64,000 nt of DNA from Synechococcus sp. AG-679-D13. GTDB lineage: Bacteria; Cyanobacteriota; Cyanobacteriia; PCC-6307; Cyanobiaceae. Positions 9,412-23,277 of the stretch are shown here, in pieces (position 1 is the stretch's first letter; each line of letters opens with the position of its first letter). The position numbers and the translations under genes are program-made. The notes beneath the pieces were generated by a model. It was not told the DNA's origin. It searched no databases and saw only the letters and a program-made list of their open reading frames with translations. Where the stretch lies: NCBI GenBank assembly GCA_003210735.1, contig QCUM01000007.1, forward strand, positions 2,745 through 66,744. Reading direction: 5' to 3'.

Positions 9412-9669
9412 ATGCTCAACGCTTTGTTCCCCCTTCTCTACGGCGCCATCTTTGTGGGCCTGCTGTGGCAGGCCTTTCAGGTGATGAGCAAAGGGTTTCG
9501 CGCCGCCAGCGGTCCCGTCAGCGAACCAAAGGACCGCACCGGACGGGTCACCGTGCATCCCGAACTGCTGGACAACGAGGGGAAGATCACCGAGGAAGCC
9601 CTACTCACGGTTCGGTTCAGTGGCGAAGATGAACCTCCGCCAACGGAATCCGGGACCGGTGCTGAATAA
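9412..9669 (+). CDS. Cyanobacterial small membrane protein (DUF2973-like)
   Basis: N-terminal TM followed by the HPELLD.eG.it.e.LLtVRF motif. Confidence 0.75.
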   Translation: MLNALFPLLYGAIFVGLLWQAFQVMSKGFRAASGPVSEPKDRTGRVTVHPELLDNEGKITEEALLTVRFSGEDEPPPTESGTGAE

Positions 9670-9726
9670 GTTGGGTAAGGGATGTTCCCTTCGGGCATCT
9701 GTATGGATTTGATCAGGGTTTTCTGA

Positions 9727-10110
9727 GTGGATCAGCGCACACGCATCGTCGCCGCAGTCATCAAGGGGGTGAAATTGCCCCCACGCTTCAGGTTGCGCCT
9801 GATCAAGGAAGATCCTGTCCGCCTGGAATTGAGCCTGACCCCCGCTTACGGGAAGGATCCGGTCACGGTGGGACTGGTGGAATCCCTTGATCTGGTGGCC
9901 CGTCGGGACAGGGAAGGGCGGATTCCTCGCGATCTTCAGGGCACCTGGGACTGGACTGTTCGACACGGCAAAGTCAGCACCGGCGGATGGAATCCCTATC
10001 TGAAGGAAGCACTGCAAACCATGTTTGAAACGGGCCTGCCCGCCATCGTTTTTGAAGAGCTGACCGGCGAGGAATACCACCCCGTGGATGGCACACGCCA
10101 TGTGCGTTGA
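9727..10110 (+). CDS. Conserved hypothetical protein
   Basis: 127 aa ORF with host-like codon usage filling the gap. Confidence 0.75.
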   Translation: MDQRTRIVAAVIKGVKLPPRFRLRLIKEDPVRLELSLTPAYGKDPVTVGLVESLDLVARRDREGRIPRDLQGTWDWTVRHGKVSTGGWNPYLKEALQTMFETGLPAIVFEELTGEEYHPVDGTRHVR

Positions 10111-10201
10111 ACGACTGGTCTGTAAAACCGTGCAAAGCAAAACCTTTCAGCCTGGCGTTCAGGCCTAAAACTGTCTCAATTCAGTTTTTAAGGTTTTCTT
10201 C

Positions 10202-10306
10202 GTGAACAGCCTTAGTCTCTCTTTGGGGCCACTGATTCGGCTGCTGGCGGCCCTTGCCTCCATCACCACGCTTCTGCTCCTGGGCCTCATCAACCTGATC
10301 CACTGA
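10202..10306 (+). CDS. Putative 34-aa single-TM micro-protein upstream of hrpB
   Basis: GTG start; MNSLSLSLGPLIRLLAALASITTLLLLGLINLIH*; stop is 13 nt before hrpB. Confidence 0.4.
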   Translation: MNSLSLSLGPLIRLLAALASITTLLLLGLINLIH

Positions 10307-10319
10307 CATCGTCACCGGA

Positions 10320-12824
10320 TTGACGGCCTTCCCGATCGATGCCCTGCTGCAGACGCTTTGCGAGCAATTGCAGCCGGGAACAACCGTTCTGCTGCAGGCT
10401 CCACCCGGAGCTGGCAAAACCACCCGGGTCCCGCTGGCTCTGATGGGAGAGCTTGGCGACTGCGCTGCGCGAACTGGTCGAATCTGGATGATCGAACCGC
10501 GCCGGCTCGCCGCCCGTGCCGCAGCTGAACGCCTGGCCGCAAGCCTGGGAGAAGCGGTGGGTCAACGCGTCGGCTTTGCCGTACGCGGCGAGCAGCGCCG
10601 CTCCACCCACACGCAGCTGGAGGTGATCACCGACGGGCTCTTCCTGCGACGCCTGCAAGCCGACCCATCACTGGAAGGCGTGAACTGCGTTCTGTTCGAT
10701 GAATTCCACGAGCGGCGCCGTGACAGCGATCTGGCTTTCACACTGCTGCGAGAGGCGGCGCCGGTGCTGCATCCGGATTTAGCGGTGATGGTGATGTCCG
10801 CCACCCTGGATCTCACCGATTTGCGAAAACGCCTGCCGGAGGCTGTGGTTCTGTCCAGTGAGGGCCGCGCATTCCCGGTCACCACCATTCACCAGCCTCC
10901 ACGACGGAACGAGAGGCTGCCGCAGCAGGTCTTGCGGGCTCTCGAGGCTCATGCCCTGTCACTCCCCAGGGGCAGTGGTGTTCTCGTGTTTCTGCCGGGA
11001 CTCATGGAGATCAGCCATTGCAAGGAGCTGCTGGAGCAGACATCGACTCTGCGGCATTGGCAGGTGACTCCTCTGCACGGCCAACTGCCTCTTCATCAAC
11101 AGAGCGCGGCATTAATGCGCTGCCCGGATTCCTGCGATGGAACCGTGGTGCTGGCCAGTGCTATTGCTGAAAGCTCCGTCACAATCGACGGCGTACAGCT
11201 GGTGATCGACAGCGGGCTCAGTCGCCAGCTGCGCTTCGACCCCAACACCGGCATGGAGGGACTGGAAACGGTTCCCTCGAGCCGTGCCAGTGCTGATCAG
11301 CGCCGGGGCAGAGCCGGGCGTCAGAGACCAGGTCAATGCATCAGGTTGTGGTCGCCCGCGGAGCAGCAACGACGGCCAGGCTTCAGCCCACCGGAACTGC
11401 AGCTGGCGGATCCTCAACCCGTGTTGATGGAGCTGGCGCAATGGGGAGCTGGTCTCGGCGAGACCTTGCCCTGGCTGGACCCGCCACCAAAAGCTGCCAT
11501 GCAGGAAGGTCGCCAGCACCTGACAGGACTGGGAATTCTCGACACCACCGGCAAGCTCAGCGCAATCGGCCGCCAACTCACAGGATTAGGAGTGCATCCA
11601 CGGCTGGGCCTGCTGATGCTGGCGGCCAAACGGCACGGCCGTGCCCGCCTGGGGTGTGATCTGGCCGCGATCCTGAGCGAGCGGGATCCATTGCCTAGCT
11701 CCCACGCCGGCTGTGATCTGCAGCTGCGCCTGCAGGCCATGGAACAGGACAAGCGCCTTGGTTCTCTGCGTGAACGCAGTCGCCAGCTGATGCGGCAACT
11801 GAAGCGAGTGATGCTTGAGCCATCCGATGGTCAGGCCAACATCGATGCAGCCGAACTGGTGCTGTGCGCATTCCCCCAGTGGCTGGCACTTGCGCGCCCT
11901 GGGCAACCAGGGCGTTTTTTACTGCGTCAGGGGCGGGGCGCGATGCTGAGAGATGAAGACCCCCTCATCTCAGCGGAAGCCCTTGCTGTTGCAAGGGTTG
12001 ATACAGGCCAGCGGGACACACGCATTCAATTGGCCTTGCCCCTGAGCAATCAATGGGTCGTGGAACTGGCTCTCCAGGAGGGGAGCTGGGTTGATCACGT
12101 TGCCTGGGACGAAGCTTTGGGACGGATCCGAGCCACACGCCGCCTGCAGCTGGGGGAACTCGTGGTCCAAGAGAAAGCCCGATCTTCAGTCGCACCCGAA
12201 CGATGCCAGCAGCTGTTGCTTGAACGTTTTCAACAGGGCGGCACACTGGATCAACTGCCATGGTCGGACAGTTGCGAACAGCTGCGCCGGCGCTTGGTGC
12301 TGGCCCATCGCCACCTGGGATCACCTTGGCCCGATCGAGATCGCGAGCTGATGGTGGAGCAGGCGGGCGAGTGGTTAATCCCCTGCCTGATGGGCTGTCT
12401 CAGCTTGAACGACATCAATCCAGACACGCTTGAAGAGGCCCTCTGGGGCCATTTGGATTGGTCGCAACGCAAACGGCTCGAAACACTCCTACCCCTGCGC
12501 ATGGCCATCCCGTCAGGCCGCAGCGCCAACCTGCATTACGACGAGGACGACGTGGTGTTGGCTGTAAAGCTGCAGGAGATGTTTGGAACTCAGACCGGTC
12601 CACGGGTCCTAGAGGGGCACATGCCTGTGACCCTGGAACTGCTTTCACCAGCAGGCCGGCCGCTGCAACGCACCCAAGATCTGGCGAGCTTCTGGTCCGG
12701 TAGCTACGCGCAGGTGCGCAGCGAGATGCGTGGCCGCTATCCCAAGCATCCCTGGCCCGATGACCCTGTCGCCGCAAAGCCCACAGCATGGACAAAGCGA
12801 CGTCATGCTGAGCTAGAGCGGTAA
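10320..12824 (+). CDS. hrpB: ATP-dependent DEAH-box helicase HrpB
   Basis: APPGAGKTT, DEFHER, MSAT and QRRGRAGR motifs; C-terminal LLSPAGRPLQRTQDL...RGRYPKHPWP. Confidence 0.95.
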   Translation: MTAFPIDALLQTLCEQLQPGTTVLLQAPPGAGKTTRVPLALMGELGDCAARTGRIWMIEPRRLAARAAAERLAASLGEAVGQRVGFAVRGEQRRSTHTQLEVITDGLFLRRLQADPSLEGVNCVLFDEFHERRRDSDLAFTLLREAAPVLHPDLAVMVMSATLDLTDLRKRLPEAVVLSSEGRAFPVTTIHQPPRRNERLPQQVLRALEAHALSLPRGSGVLVFLPGLMEISHCKELLEQTSTLRHWQVTPLHGQLPLHQQSAALMRCPDSCDGTVVLASAIAESSVTIDGVQLVIDSGLSRQLRFDPNTGMEGLETVPSSRASADQRRGRAGRQRPGQCIRLWSPAEQQRRPGFSPPELQLADPQPVLMELAQWGAGLGETLPWLDPPPKAAMQEGRQHLTGLGILDTTGKLSAIGRQLTGLGVHPRLGLLMLAAKRHGRARLGCDLAAILSERDPLPSSHAGCDLQLRLQAMEQDKRLGSLRERSRQLMRQLKRVMLEPSDGQANIDAAELVLCAFPQWLALARPGQPGRFLLRQGRGAMLRDEDPLISAEALAVARVDTGQRDTRIQLALPLSNQWVVELALQEGSWVDHVAWDEALGRIRATRRLQLGELVVQEKARSSVAPERCQQLLLERFQQGGTLDQLPWSDSCEQLRRRLVLAHRHLGSPWPDRDRELMVEQAGEWLIPCLMGCLSLNDINPDTLEEALWGHLDWSQRKRLETLLPLRMAIPSGRSANLHYDEDDVVLAVKLQEMFGTQTGPRVLEGHMPVTLELLSPAGRPLQRTQDLASFWSGSYAQVRSEMRGRYPKHPWPDDPVAAKPTAWTKRRHAELER

Positions 12825-12882
12825 CGGTGAATACCTCTTTCCGCCCGGCGCCGAAAACGCAGGCAACAAATCTCCAACCTTT

Positions 12883-12900
12883 GTTACAATTATTGAAATC
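12883..12900 (+). promoter_or_regulatory. Candidate HLR1 (RpaB) element upstream of hli
   Basis: GTTACAAT-TA-TTGAAATC: one good (G/T)TTACA(T/A)(T/A) half and one degenerate half, just upstream of hli. Confidence 0.35.
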
Positions 12901-12916
12901 TTCGCTGATTCCTTCA

Positions 12917-13057
12917 ATGTCCGACAACGCTCGCTTCGGCTTCGTCAACTTCGCTGAAACCTGGAACGGCCGCCTCGCCATGATGGGTTTCGTAATCGGT
13001 CTGGGTACTGAACTCCTGACCGGCCAAGGCATCCTTGCTCAGATTGGTATGGGCTGA
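12917..13057 (+). CDS. hli: High-light inducible protein (HLIP)
   Basis: FGFVNFAETWNGRLAMMGF chlorophyll-binding motif and TGQGI; 46 aa. Confidence 0.95.
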   Translation: MSDNARFGFVNFAETWNGRLAMMGFVIGLGTELLTGQGILAQIGMG

Positions 13058-13078
13058 TTCCGAAAGGAATCAAATGGC

Positions 13079-13109
13079 AGCCTCCTCGAAGATTCGAGGG
13101 GGCTTTTTT
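13079..13109 (+). terminator. Rho-independent terminator after hli
   Basis: GCCTCCTCGA/TCGAGGGGGC stem followed by T6; a small GATTCC-GAAA-GGAATC hairpin precedes it at 13056-13071. Confidence 0.85.
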
Positions 13110-13221
13110 GTGTTTTGGACAGACAACGCCATGGTTCACAGTGGTGTGAAGTCACAGGCAGCTCTTGGCACCGCTATACGTGCGCAACCGTCGCGACGGA
13201 GCAAGGCTGTTAAGCAGTGTC

Positions 13222-13341
13222 ATGGTGATTTTCACCATCGCAGTCACCCAGATCCCCCAACCGTGGGCCGTGATTGTCGTCTCTGTGAGTTCCGTGATCT
13301 GTGTTTACTGGGGTTTTGCATACCGCCGCCTTGAGCGCTGA
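13222..13341 (+). CDS. Small hydrophobic protein (39 aa) overlapping the xseA start
   Basis: Hand translation MVIFTIAVTQIPQPWAVIVVSVSSVICVYWGFAYRRLER*. Confidence 0.5.
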   Translation: MVIFTIAVTQIPQPWAVIVVSVSSVICVYWGFAYRRLER

Positions 13342-14497
13342 TCGCATCCCAACCTTCTCGGTTGCTGAACTGAACAGTGCCATTGGGAATCTTTTGGAGC
13401 GTGGTTTTGCGCCAAGGTTTCTTGTGGAAGCCACCGTTTCAAGACCACAACTTAAAAAGGGGCATCTCTGGATGTCCTTGGGAGACGGAGACGCCAGTAT
13501 TTCAGCCGTGGTGTGGGCTTCGCAGCTGCGGCAAATCCGCTACCGCCCAGAAGACGGCGACGGCGTCACCGTGGTGGGCAAACTCAACTTCTGGGCAGCA
13601 CGGGCAAACCTGACGGTGCAGGTGCTGGACATCCGTCCAAGCCTCACCACGGTGATGCGGGAATTTGAACGGGTGCGCCGTTTACTGGAAGACGAGCAGG
13701 TGATCGATCCGGCACTGGCCAGGCCATTGCCTCAAAGGCCCCGTACGGTTGCTGTTCTGACCAGCGTTCCAAGCTCTGCTCTGGCCGACATGTTGCGCAC
13801 GGCACGCGAACGCTGGCCTCTGACTCGATTGCTTGTGGTGCCCATTCCTGTGCAGGGAGCTGTGAATGAACGCATTGAAACCGTTCTGAATCACCTTGCA
13901 GAACAAGCCGGCACGCTTGCGTTGGACGCACTGGTGCTGGCTCGCGGTGGAGGAAGCCGAGAGGATCTCGCCGTTTTCGACAGCGAGAATTTATGCCGCG
14001 GTTTAGCTCGTTTTCCCGTGCCTGTGGTGACAGGGCTCGGCCATGAAGACGATCTCACCGTGGCTGATTTGGTGGCCGATCATCGAGCGGCAACACCAAC
14101 AGCAGCGATCGTCGCCCTACTGCCGGATCGTCACACCGAATTGCAATGCCTCAGGCAACGGCAAAAACGTCTTCAGGACTGGGTTCAGACCCGCCTCATC
14201 CGAGAGCGACAGAGACTGGTTGAACGGCGCTACGCATTCGCTCAACAATCTCCTTTACTGCGGCTTGAAAACCTGAGAAAAAGCTTGCATCAGCGGCGCA
14301 CGCTGCTATCTGCCTTATCCCCAGACCGCTGGTTGCAGAGAGGATTGGCTTTCGTGCGAAACCAGGCCACCGGTGAAGCCATCGTCAGCTCACACCAGGC
14401 AAAGAGCGGTGACAAGCTGGATGTTCAATTAAAAGATGGCGTGCTTCAAACCCGCGTCGACTGGGTGGAGCCCAAGCCCCCATCACCAAAGTCATGA
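13331..14497 (+). CDS. xseA: Exodeoxyribonuclease VII large subunit
   Basis: OB-fold N-terminus; ARGGGSREDL, GLGHEDD and ADHRAATPTAA motifs; TTG start. Confidence 0.95.
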   Translation: MSADRIPTFSVAELNSAIGNLLERGFAPRFLVEATVSRPQLKKGHLWMSLGDGDASISAVVWASQLRQIRYRPEDGDGVTVVGKLNFWAARANLTVQVLDIRPSLTTVMREFERVRRLLEDEQVIDPALARPLPQRPRTVAVLTSVPSSALADMLRTARERWPLTRLLVVPIPVQGAVNERIETVLNHLAEQAGTLALDALVLARGGGSREDLAVFDSENLCRGLARFPVPVVTGLGHEDDLTVADLVADHRAATPTAAIVALLPDRHTELQCLRQRQKRLQDWVQTRLIRERQRLVERRYAFAQQSPLLRLENLRKSLHQRRTLLSALSPDRWLQRGLAFVRNQATGEAIVSSHQAKSGDKLDVQLKDGVLQTRVDWVEPKPPSPKS

Positions 14498-14769
14498 CAT
14501 CTCCGCCTGAGTGGACCACACGCATCGAAGAATGGCGAAGCGACGCTGAAGCGCTCAGCTACGAAGAAGCCCTTCAGGCCGTTGATCTGCTGTTGGCTGA
14601 CCTCCAGAGCGATACCGTCCCTTTGGCCGACCTGCAGAAACAGGTGGTTCATGGCGAGATCTATCTGAATCATTGCGATGCACTGTTGAAAGCAGTGGAA
14701 GCGAACGTGGTCACCCTCGATCCCGACAGCCTCCAGCCCGTCCCCGAATCAACGCCTGACGATGCGTAA
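14494..14769 (+). CDS. xseB: Exodeoxyribonuclease VII small subunit
   Basis: LSYEEAL...L..LQSD.vPL pattern; ATGA overlap with xseA. Confidence 0.85.
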   Translation: MTSPPEWTTRIEEWRSDAEALSYEEALQAVDLLLADLQSDTVPLADLQKQVVHGEIYLNHCDALLKAVEANVVTLDPDSLQPVPESTPDDA

Positions 14770-15115
14770 AGCACTGCCCTGGATCTACCTCGGCCTCTCC
14801 GTGCTTGGAGCCATCCTGCCCTGGAAAGCCAACCTGGAGTTCATTGCTGAAAGTGGAGGCCAGGCCTTTGATTTGGCACGATTTGTGGAAGATGCATCCA
14901 GCACCGCAGCAGCACGTTCTCTCAGCGCTGATCTTCTGATCGGGGCGACCGCCGTCACGATCTGGATTTGTGTGGAAGGACCACGACAAAAAATCAAAGG
15001 CTGGTGGTTGGCGATTCCCCTGAGCTTCGGCGTGGCCTTTGCCTGCGCAGCGCCCTTTTTTCTGTTTCTACGTGAACGTCAGCTGCAGGCTCAGGAATCG
15101 GAATCAACGTCCTGA
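14762..15115 (+). CDS. Membrane protein (DUF2834-like)
   Basis: Three hydrophobic segments, ending in PFFLFLRER. Confidence 0.75.
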   Translation: MRKALPWIYLGLSVLGAILPWKANLEFIAESGGQAFDLARFVEDASSTAAARSLSADLLIGATAVTIWICVEGPRQKIKGWWLAIPLSFGVAFACAAPFFLFLRERQLQAQESESTS

Positions 15116-15381
15116 GCCGTCACGTCAATCGTCACTTCGCTTGCCGGCACAGCTGTTTCCGTACGGGACCCCATCTGCGAACTCACCGTTGAATTCGAAG
15201 TCCTCTCCGCCTGAGCCTGCATCAGTTTCCAGCCAATCCATCCAATCCCCGTGAGTATCAACGGGACGGCCACCAACACAAGAGCCACTCCGCCGACGAC
15301 ATCAATGAGGATTCGTCCCGCTGCCGTTGGAAGCAGCAGCAAAAGAAGGATCAGCCAAACGATGGCTGGAGGACGATTCAT
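15091..15381 (-). CDS. Hypothetical membrane protein
   Basis: Two TM segments; C-terminal PASEVTIDVTAQDVD. Confidence 0.7.
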   Translation of the reverse strand: MNRPPAIVWLILLLLLLPTAAGRILIDVVGGVALVLVAVPLILTGIGWIGWKLMQAQAERTSNSTVSSQMGSRTETAVPASEVTIDVTAQDVDSDS

Positions 15382-15436
15382 CGCTCAGACCATCCGAACA
15401 AACATTCGCAATACCTTCGCAAATTTGCCCGTGATT

Positions 15437-16366
15437 TCAAACCAGTACGGGGTTCGGATCTCCCGGTTGACGCGGTCGAACGCGCAGGGCCAATTCCACA
15501 CTTAAGCATTGTCCGTAATAAAGAATCACACCAATCAGCCACACCCAAAGCGTCAAGACAAGAACACCTCCAATCACGCCATAGGCCTGAAAACGATTGC
15601 CCAAGGAAATCAGGCTCAGGCTGAGAATGCTATTGAGGATCGTGAGCGCGAATCCAATCAAAATTGAACCAGGTATTAGGGGCTTCACAGGTACCCGCCT
15701 GCTGGGGAGAACCCGCTGAAGCATCAGAGCAAATAACGACAACACCGTTGTCGGCAAGATGAACTGACCAAACTGAGAAATCTGCCCAGCTTGAGTGAAA
15801 TCAACCAACCCAGGAACCCACAACCGCAGTCCATCCAACAGTTCAACAGGTAATTGGCGAAAGCCCACAACAAGCTGTTGCACGGCGATCAGTAATGCCA
15901 CGATCAAAACAATCAAAAAAGCTTCCAATCTGCTGCGAATAAATTGAACAGCTTGCAACGAGAAAGGAGCAGGTTGCCTAGGCAACGGAGACCAGTCCTC
16001 CCATAAACGATCAGACCCACGTTGCAATGTCAGAAATGCATTACTCGCCGTCAGCAAAAGAACAACAACACCAAACAAACCCGCGCCAAACCCTTGAGCA
16101 ACTAAGCCACGAAATGTGGAATCAACCAAACCAACAGCCGAGGGAGGAAGCAAAGAATTAACAGCCGAGAGCACCGTTTCCAGGCTCTCATTGCGCCCAA
16201 AAACCTTGGCAACGACGGCCAATGAAATCAACAACAAAGGAAAGATTGACTGGAGCGTGAAATAAGCGAATGCGGCACTCAGATCAACACATTCATGCTT
16301 ACACCAACGGTTGCCAGCCTTCCAAAGACTGTGGGCAAACCATGCGAGGCGAGCACGACGTCGCAC
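15437..16366 (-). CDS. YihY/BrkB-family inner membrane protein
   Basis: SAAFAYFTLQSIFPLLL and AYGVIGGVLVLTLWVWL motifs; start uncertain (up to 16423). Confidence 0.85.
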   Translation of the reverse strand: MRRRARLAWFAHSLWKAGNRWCKHECVDLSAAFAYFTLQSIFPLLLISLAVVAKVFGRNESLETVLSAVNSLLPPSAVGLVDSTFRGLVAQGFGAGLFGVVVLLLTASNAFLTLQRGSDRLWEDWSPLPRQPAPFSLQAVQFIRSRLEAFLIVLIVALLIAVQQLVVGFRQLPVELLDGLRLWVPGLVDFTQAGQISQFGQFILPTTVLSLFALMLQRVLPSRRVPVKPLIPGSILIGFALTILNSILSLSLISLGNRFQAYGVIGGVLVLTLWVWLIGVILYYGQCLSVELALRVRPRQPGDPNPVLV

Positions 16367-16423
16367 CAAATCACAATTGCGTTCTTGAACGCTACTACGC
16401 GGAAGGTGCCAAAGGGAAGCCAC

Positions 16424-16455
16424 AAAAAAACCACCTCTCGGGGAGGTGGTTTCTT
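16424..16455 (-). terminator. rrn operon terminator
   Basis: AAACCACCTC-TCGG-GAGGTGGTTT hairpin with an A7 tract (U-tail on the minus strand) downstream of 5S. Confidence 0.8.
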
Positions 16456-16514
16456 CGGGGAAGGATGGTGACGGCCAACCGTCAGCGCATCACTTCTTTT
16501 TTGAGAATGTTTTA

Positions 16515-16631
16515 CCTGGCATCGAGCTATTTTCTCAGGGGGCTACCCCCCAAATATCGTCGCCGCTGATGCGTTTCACAACCGAGTTCGAGATGGATCG
16601 AAGTGGTTCCACACCGCTATGGACACCAGGA
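16515..16631 (-). rRNA. rrf: 5S rRNA
   Basis: Minus strand TCCTGGTGTCCATAGCGGTGTGGAACCAC...CGAACTCGGTTGTGAAAC...GCCAGG. Confidence 0.95.
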
Positions 16632-16744
16632 TAGTAAAAACATTCCCAAGGAGGTGAACCCTGAGAACTGCATAGGATCTGCAACCTAAGTTGCGCGCCT
16701 GAATCAAACAAAGAACATATGTCTAAAGGCAAGAACCAAAATGT

Positions 16745-19611
<2,867 letters not shown>

Positions 19612-20047
19612 AATTAATCTCTCGAACGCTTGCTGCCGTTGAAAGCAGATTCTTAAACTTTATTGATTAGTTTTCACTAAAAAATAAAATAAAATCAAAC
19701 TCAGATTCGCTCGACACGAATCCAAGAACGCTCAAGAGTCTCGGCTCTTGCTCAAAAGAATTGTTCATTGCTCTGGATTCAATCTTCCTTTCGAAAGATC
19801 AAACTCAAAACAATGCATCTGTAAGATGCTTTGTTTTTTCCAGACTTTCCTATGCAGTTGTCAAGGTTCTGCTAGAAATCAAACTGATTGCTCAGTTCGA
19901 GCCCAGCATCTTATCAACCAAATTCTGAGTGAATACTCATTCTTTGGAATGACAGGAAGCTGGGGTCTTCCAGCGGACATATCTAAATCACAAACCACAC
20001 TCGAGTTCATCCTCCAATTACGGACAATGGAGATTGAGTTCGGTCAG

Positions 20048-20120
20048 TGGAGGTTAGGAGACTCGAACTCCTGACATCCTGCTTGCAAAGCAGGCGCTCT
20101 ACCAACTGAGCTAAACCCCC
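20048..20120 (-). tRNA. tRNA-Ala(UGC) in the ITS
   Basis: GGGGGTTTAGCTCAGTTGGTAGAGCGCCTGCTTTGCAAGCAGGATGTCAGGAGTTCGAGTCTCCTAACCTCCA. Confidence 0.97.
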
Positions 20121-20129
20121 AACACCGAA

Positions 20130-20203
<74 letters not shown>

Positions 20204-20388
20204 AGGAGACTCAACCCTTGTGGGGTGTGACCTAGACAAAGTTTAGGAACTGAAAATTTCCATCAAGCAAACCACATTGCTGCAGTTTCTTAACTTCAAA
20301 GCTGAGGTACCGATCGACCATAAGGTGACAGGATTTCGGCCTAAGAATAAAAACACTCAGGCATCAAAATCATTGTTTGTCTCCCTGT

Positions 20389-21870
<1,482 letters not shown>

Positions 21871-22217
21871 TGTAGATCAAGTCCTCTTGATAACTTTCGC
21901 TATCTCAACTCGATTTGCTTCACCCATTCCTCAACAGCCGTTGGAAACAGTTGTCGCCTCCTTTAAGCTGACACATAAAGGGTTCTTAAGAGTGCATCTC
22001 TAGATCTCTCTATTAATGACTTTCCAGGATCTCAGATCCGGTTGTTGCTCCATCATTCGCACACCGACAACAAAGAAGTTCGTGAAAACTTCCCCGTTGC
22101 AGCGAATAACTTCGACGCAACGAATTTTTTGACGGGACCTCACACCTTTATCGCAATTTCATCCGAGTCCTCTCCTCACCTCGCGGCTCAGTTCAAACTC
22201 GAACGCGATAAAAGCGT

Positions 22218-22247
22218 CAGTTCCTAAACTTTTCAATTGTCCAGGTG
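22218..22247 (-). other. rrn leader arm of the 16S processing stem
   Basis: Plus-strand CAGTTCCTAAACTT here is the reverse complement of AAGTTTAGGAACTG at about 20239-20252 in the ITS. Confidence 0.7.
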
Positions 22248-22440
22248 CGACCATCCTTGAACCGTCCTTCCCTTTCAGGAAGTGGTGGCTGGTCAGTGCG
22301 GTCGTATCGACCGCTTGAGAAACCTACAACACCGTCGGATCGCTCCGTCTCGGCCTCGCAGGCAACCGCAGACACTTCAAGGCTCTCGCCCCTCAGGCTC
22401 CAGTTCTGCAACACAACCTCGCGGTCCCGTGCAGTCCATA

Positions 22441-22469
22441 AACATAACCCATCGATGTCGCATCGGCAA
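22441..22469 (-). promoter_or_regulatory. Putative sigma70 rrn promoter
   Basis: Minus strand TTGCCG-17 nt-TATGTT, pointing into the rrn leader. Confidence 0.5.
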
Positions 22470-22476
22470 CAGACAG

Positions 22477-23277
22477 TCAGCCCTGAACCAGAACCTCGCC
22501 CCAGGGCAGCAGCTTGGCCAACCGAGCCCAGGACGCCGCCGCCAGCATGGGAAACCCCTCCTGGCTGACGTCCTGGCCTGGCTGCAGCTGGGCTGGATCG
22601 GCATCCAACCAACGGATCGGGCATCCCAGTTCATCAAGAACCAACCAGGCCGCTGCCAGATCCCAGATCTTGGGTGTGGCTTCCAGAGCTGCCACGGTTT
22701 GCCCCAAAGCCACACTCACCAGATTGAGACTGGCCACCCCAAACAGACGAATCTTTCCAGGGAAAGGTTGATCCGGTTTGCTTTGCAACACCCGGATTGA
22801 ACGACTGCACAAGGACACACAGCCGCTGTTCGCGGACGAACGCGTCTCAGGAGTGAGAGGTTCATCGTTCCGCGTGGCACCGCGCCCCCGCAGGGCGACA
22901 AAGCGCTGATTCAGTGCAGGCACATCGAGAAACACCTCACTGGGTCGTCCATCGACAAAGCGGGCAATGGAAATGGCCCAGAACGGAATGCCTGCTGCAA
23001 AGTTCGTGGTGCCGTCTAAGGGATCCACAACCCAGTAGGCGCGAGATGAGGGCACGGTGGTTTTGCCTTCCTCACTCAACACACCCTCACCGGGAGCAAT
23101 GGATGCAATCCCAGACACGATTTGCTGATCACTCCACCGATCGCACTCCGTGATCAGAGTTCCATCGGGCTTCACATCGGAAGCAATGCGACCAAAATCC
23201 TGAAGCTGCCGTTCCCGGACGCGATCAATCAACTCGTGCGTAGCGCTCAGCTGATCTGGACTGAGCGCCGAAGTCAC
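22477..23277 (-). CDS. Inositol monophosphatase family protein (SuhB-like)
   Basis: SEE, WVVDPLDGTTNF and WDLAAA motifs; GTGA overlap with the tolC stop. Confidence 0.9.
   Translation of the reverse strand: MTSALSPDQLSATHELIDRVRERQLQDFGRIASDVKPDGTLITECDRWSDQQIVSGIASIAPGEGVLSEEGKTTVPSSRAYWVVDPLDGTTNFAAGIPFWAISIARFVDGRPSEVFLDVPALNQRFVALRGRGATRNDEPLTPETRSSANSGCVSLCSRSIRVLQSKPDQPFPGKIRLFGVASLNLVSVALGQTVAALEATPKIWDLAAAWLVLDELGCPIRWLDADPAQLQPGQDVSQEGFPMLAAASWARLAKLLPWGEVLVQG

Noticed and set aside
10181..10423. Minus-strand 80-aa ORF overlapping the hrpB start
   Set aside because: No motif; the plus-strand 34-aa hydrophobic ORF is the more plausible gene here.
15437..16423. Lower GC of the yihY gene as evidence of an island
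   Set aside because: It is a recognisable housekeeping-type gene directly flanking rrn, with no mobility signs or foreign neighbours.
20056..20072. tRNA-Ala T-stem AGGAG/CTCCT differs from the AGCGG/CCGCT variant I recall
   Set aside because: Fully compensatory; ordinary tRNA variation.
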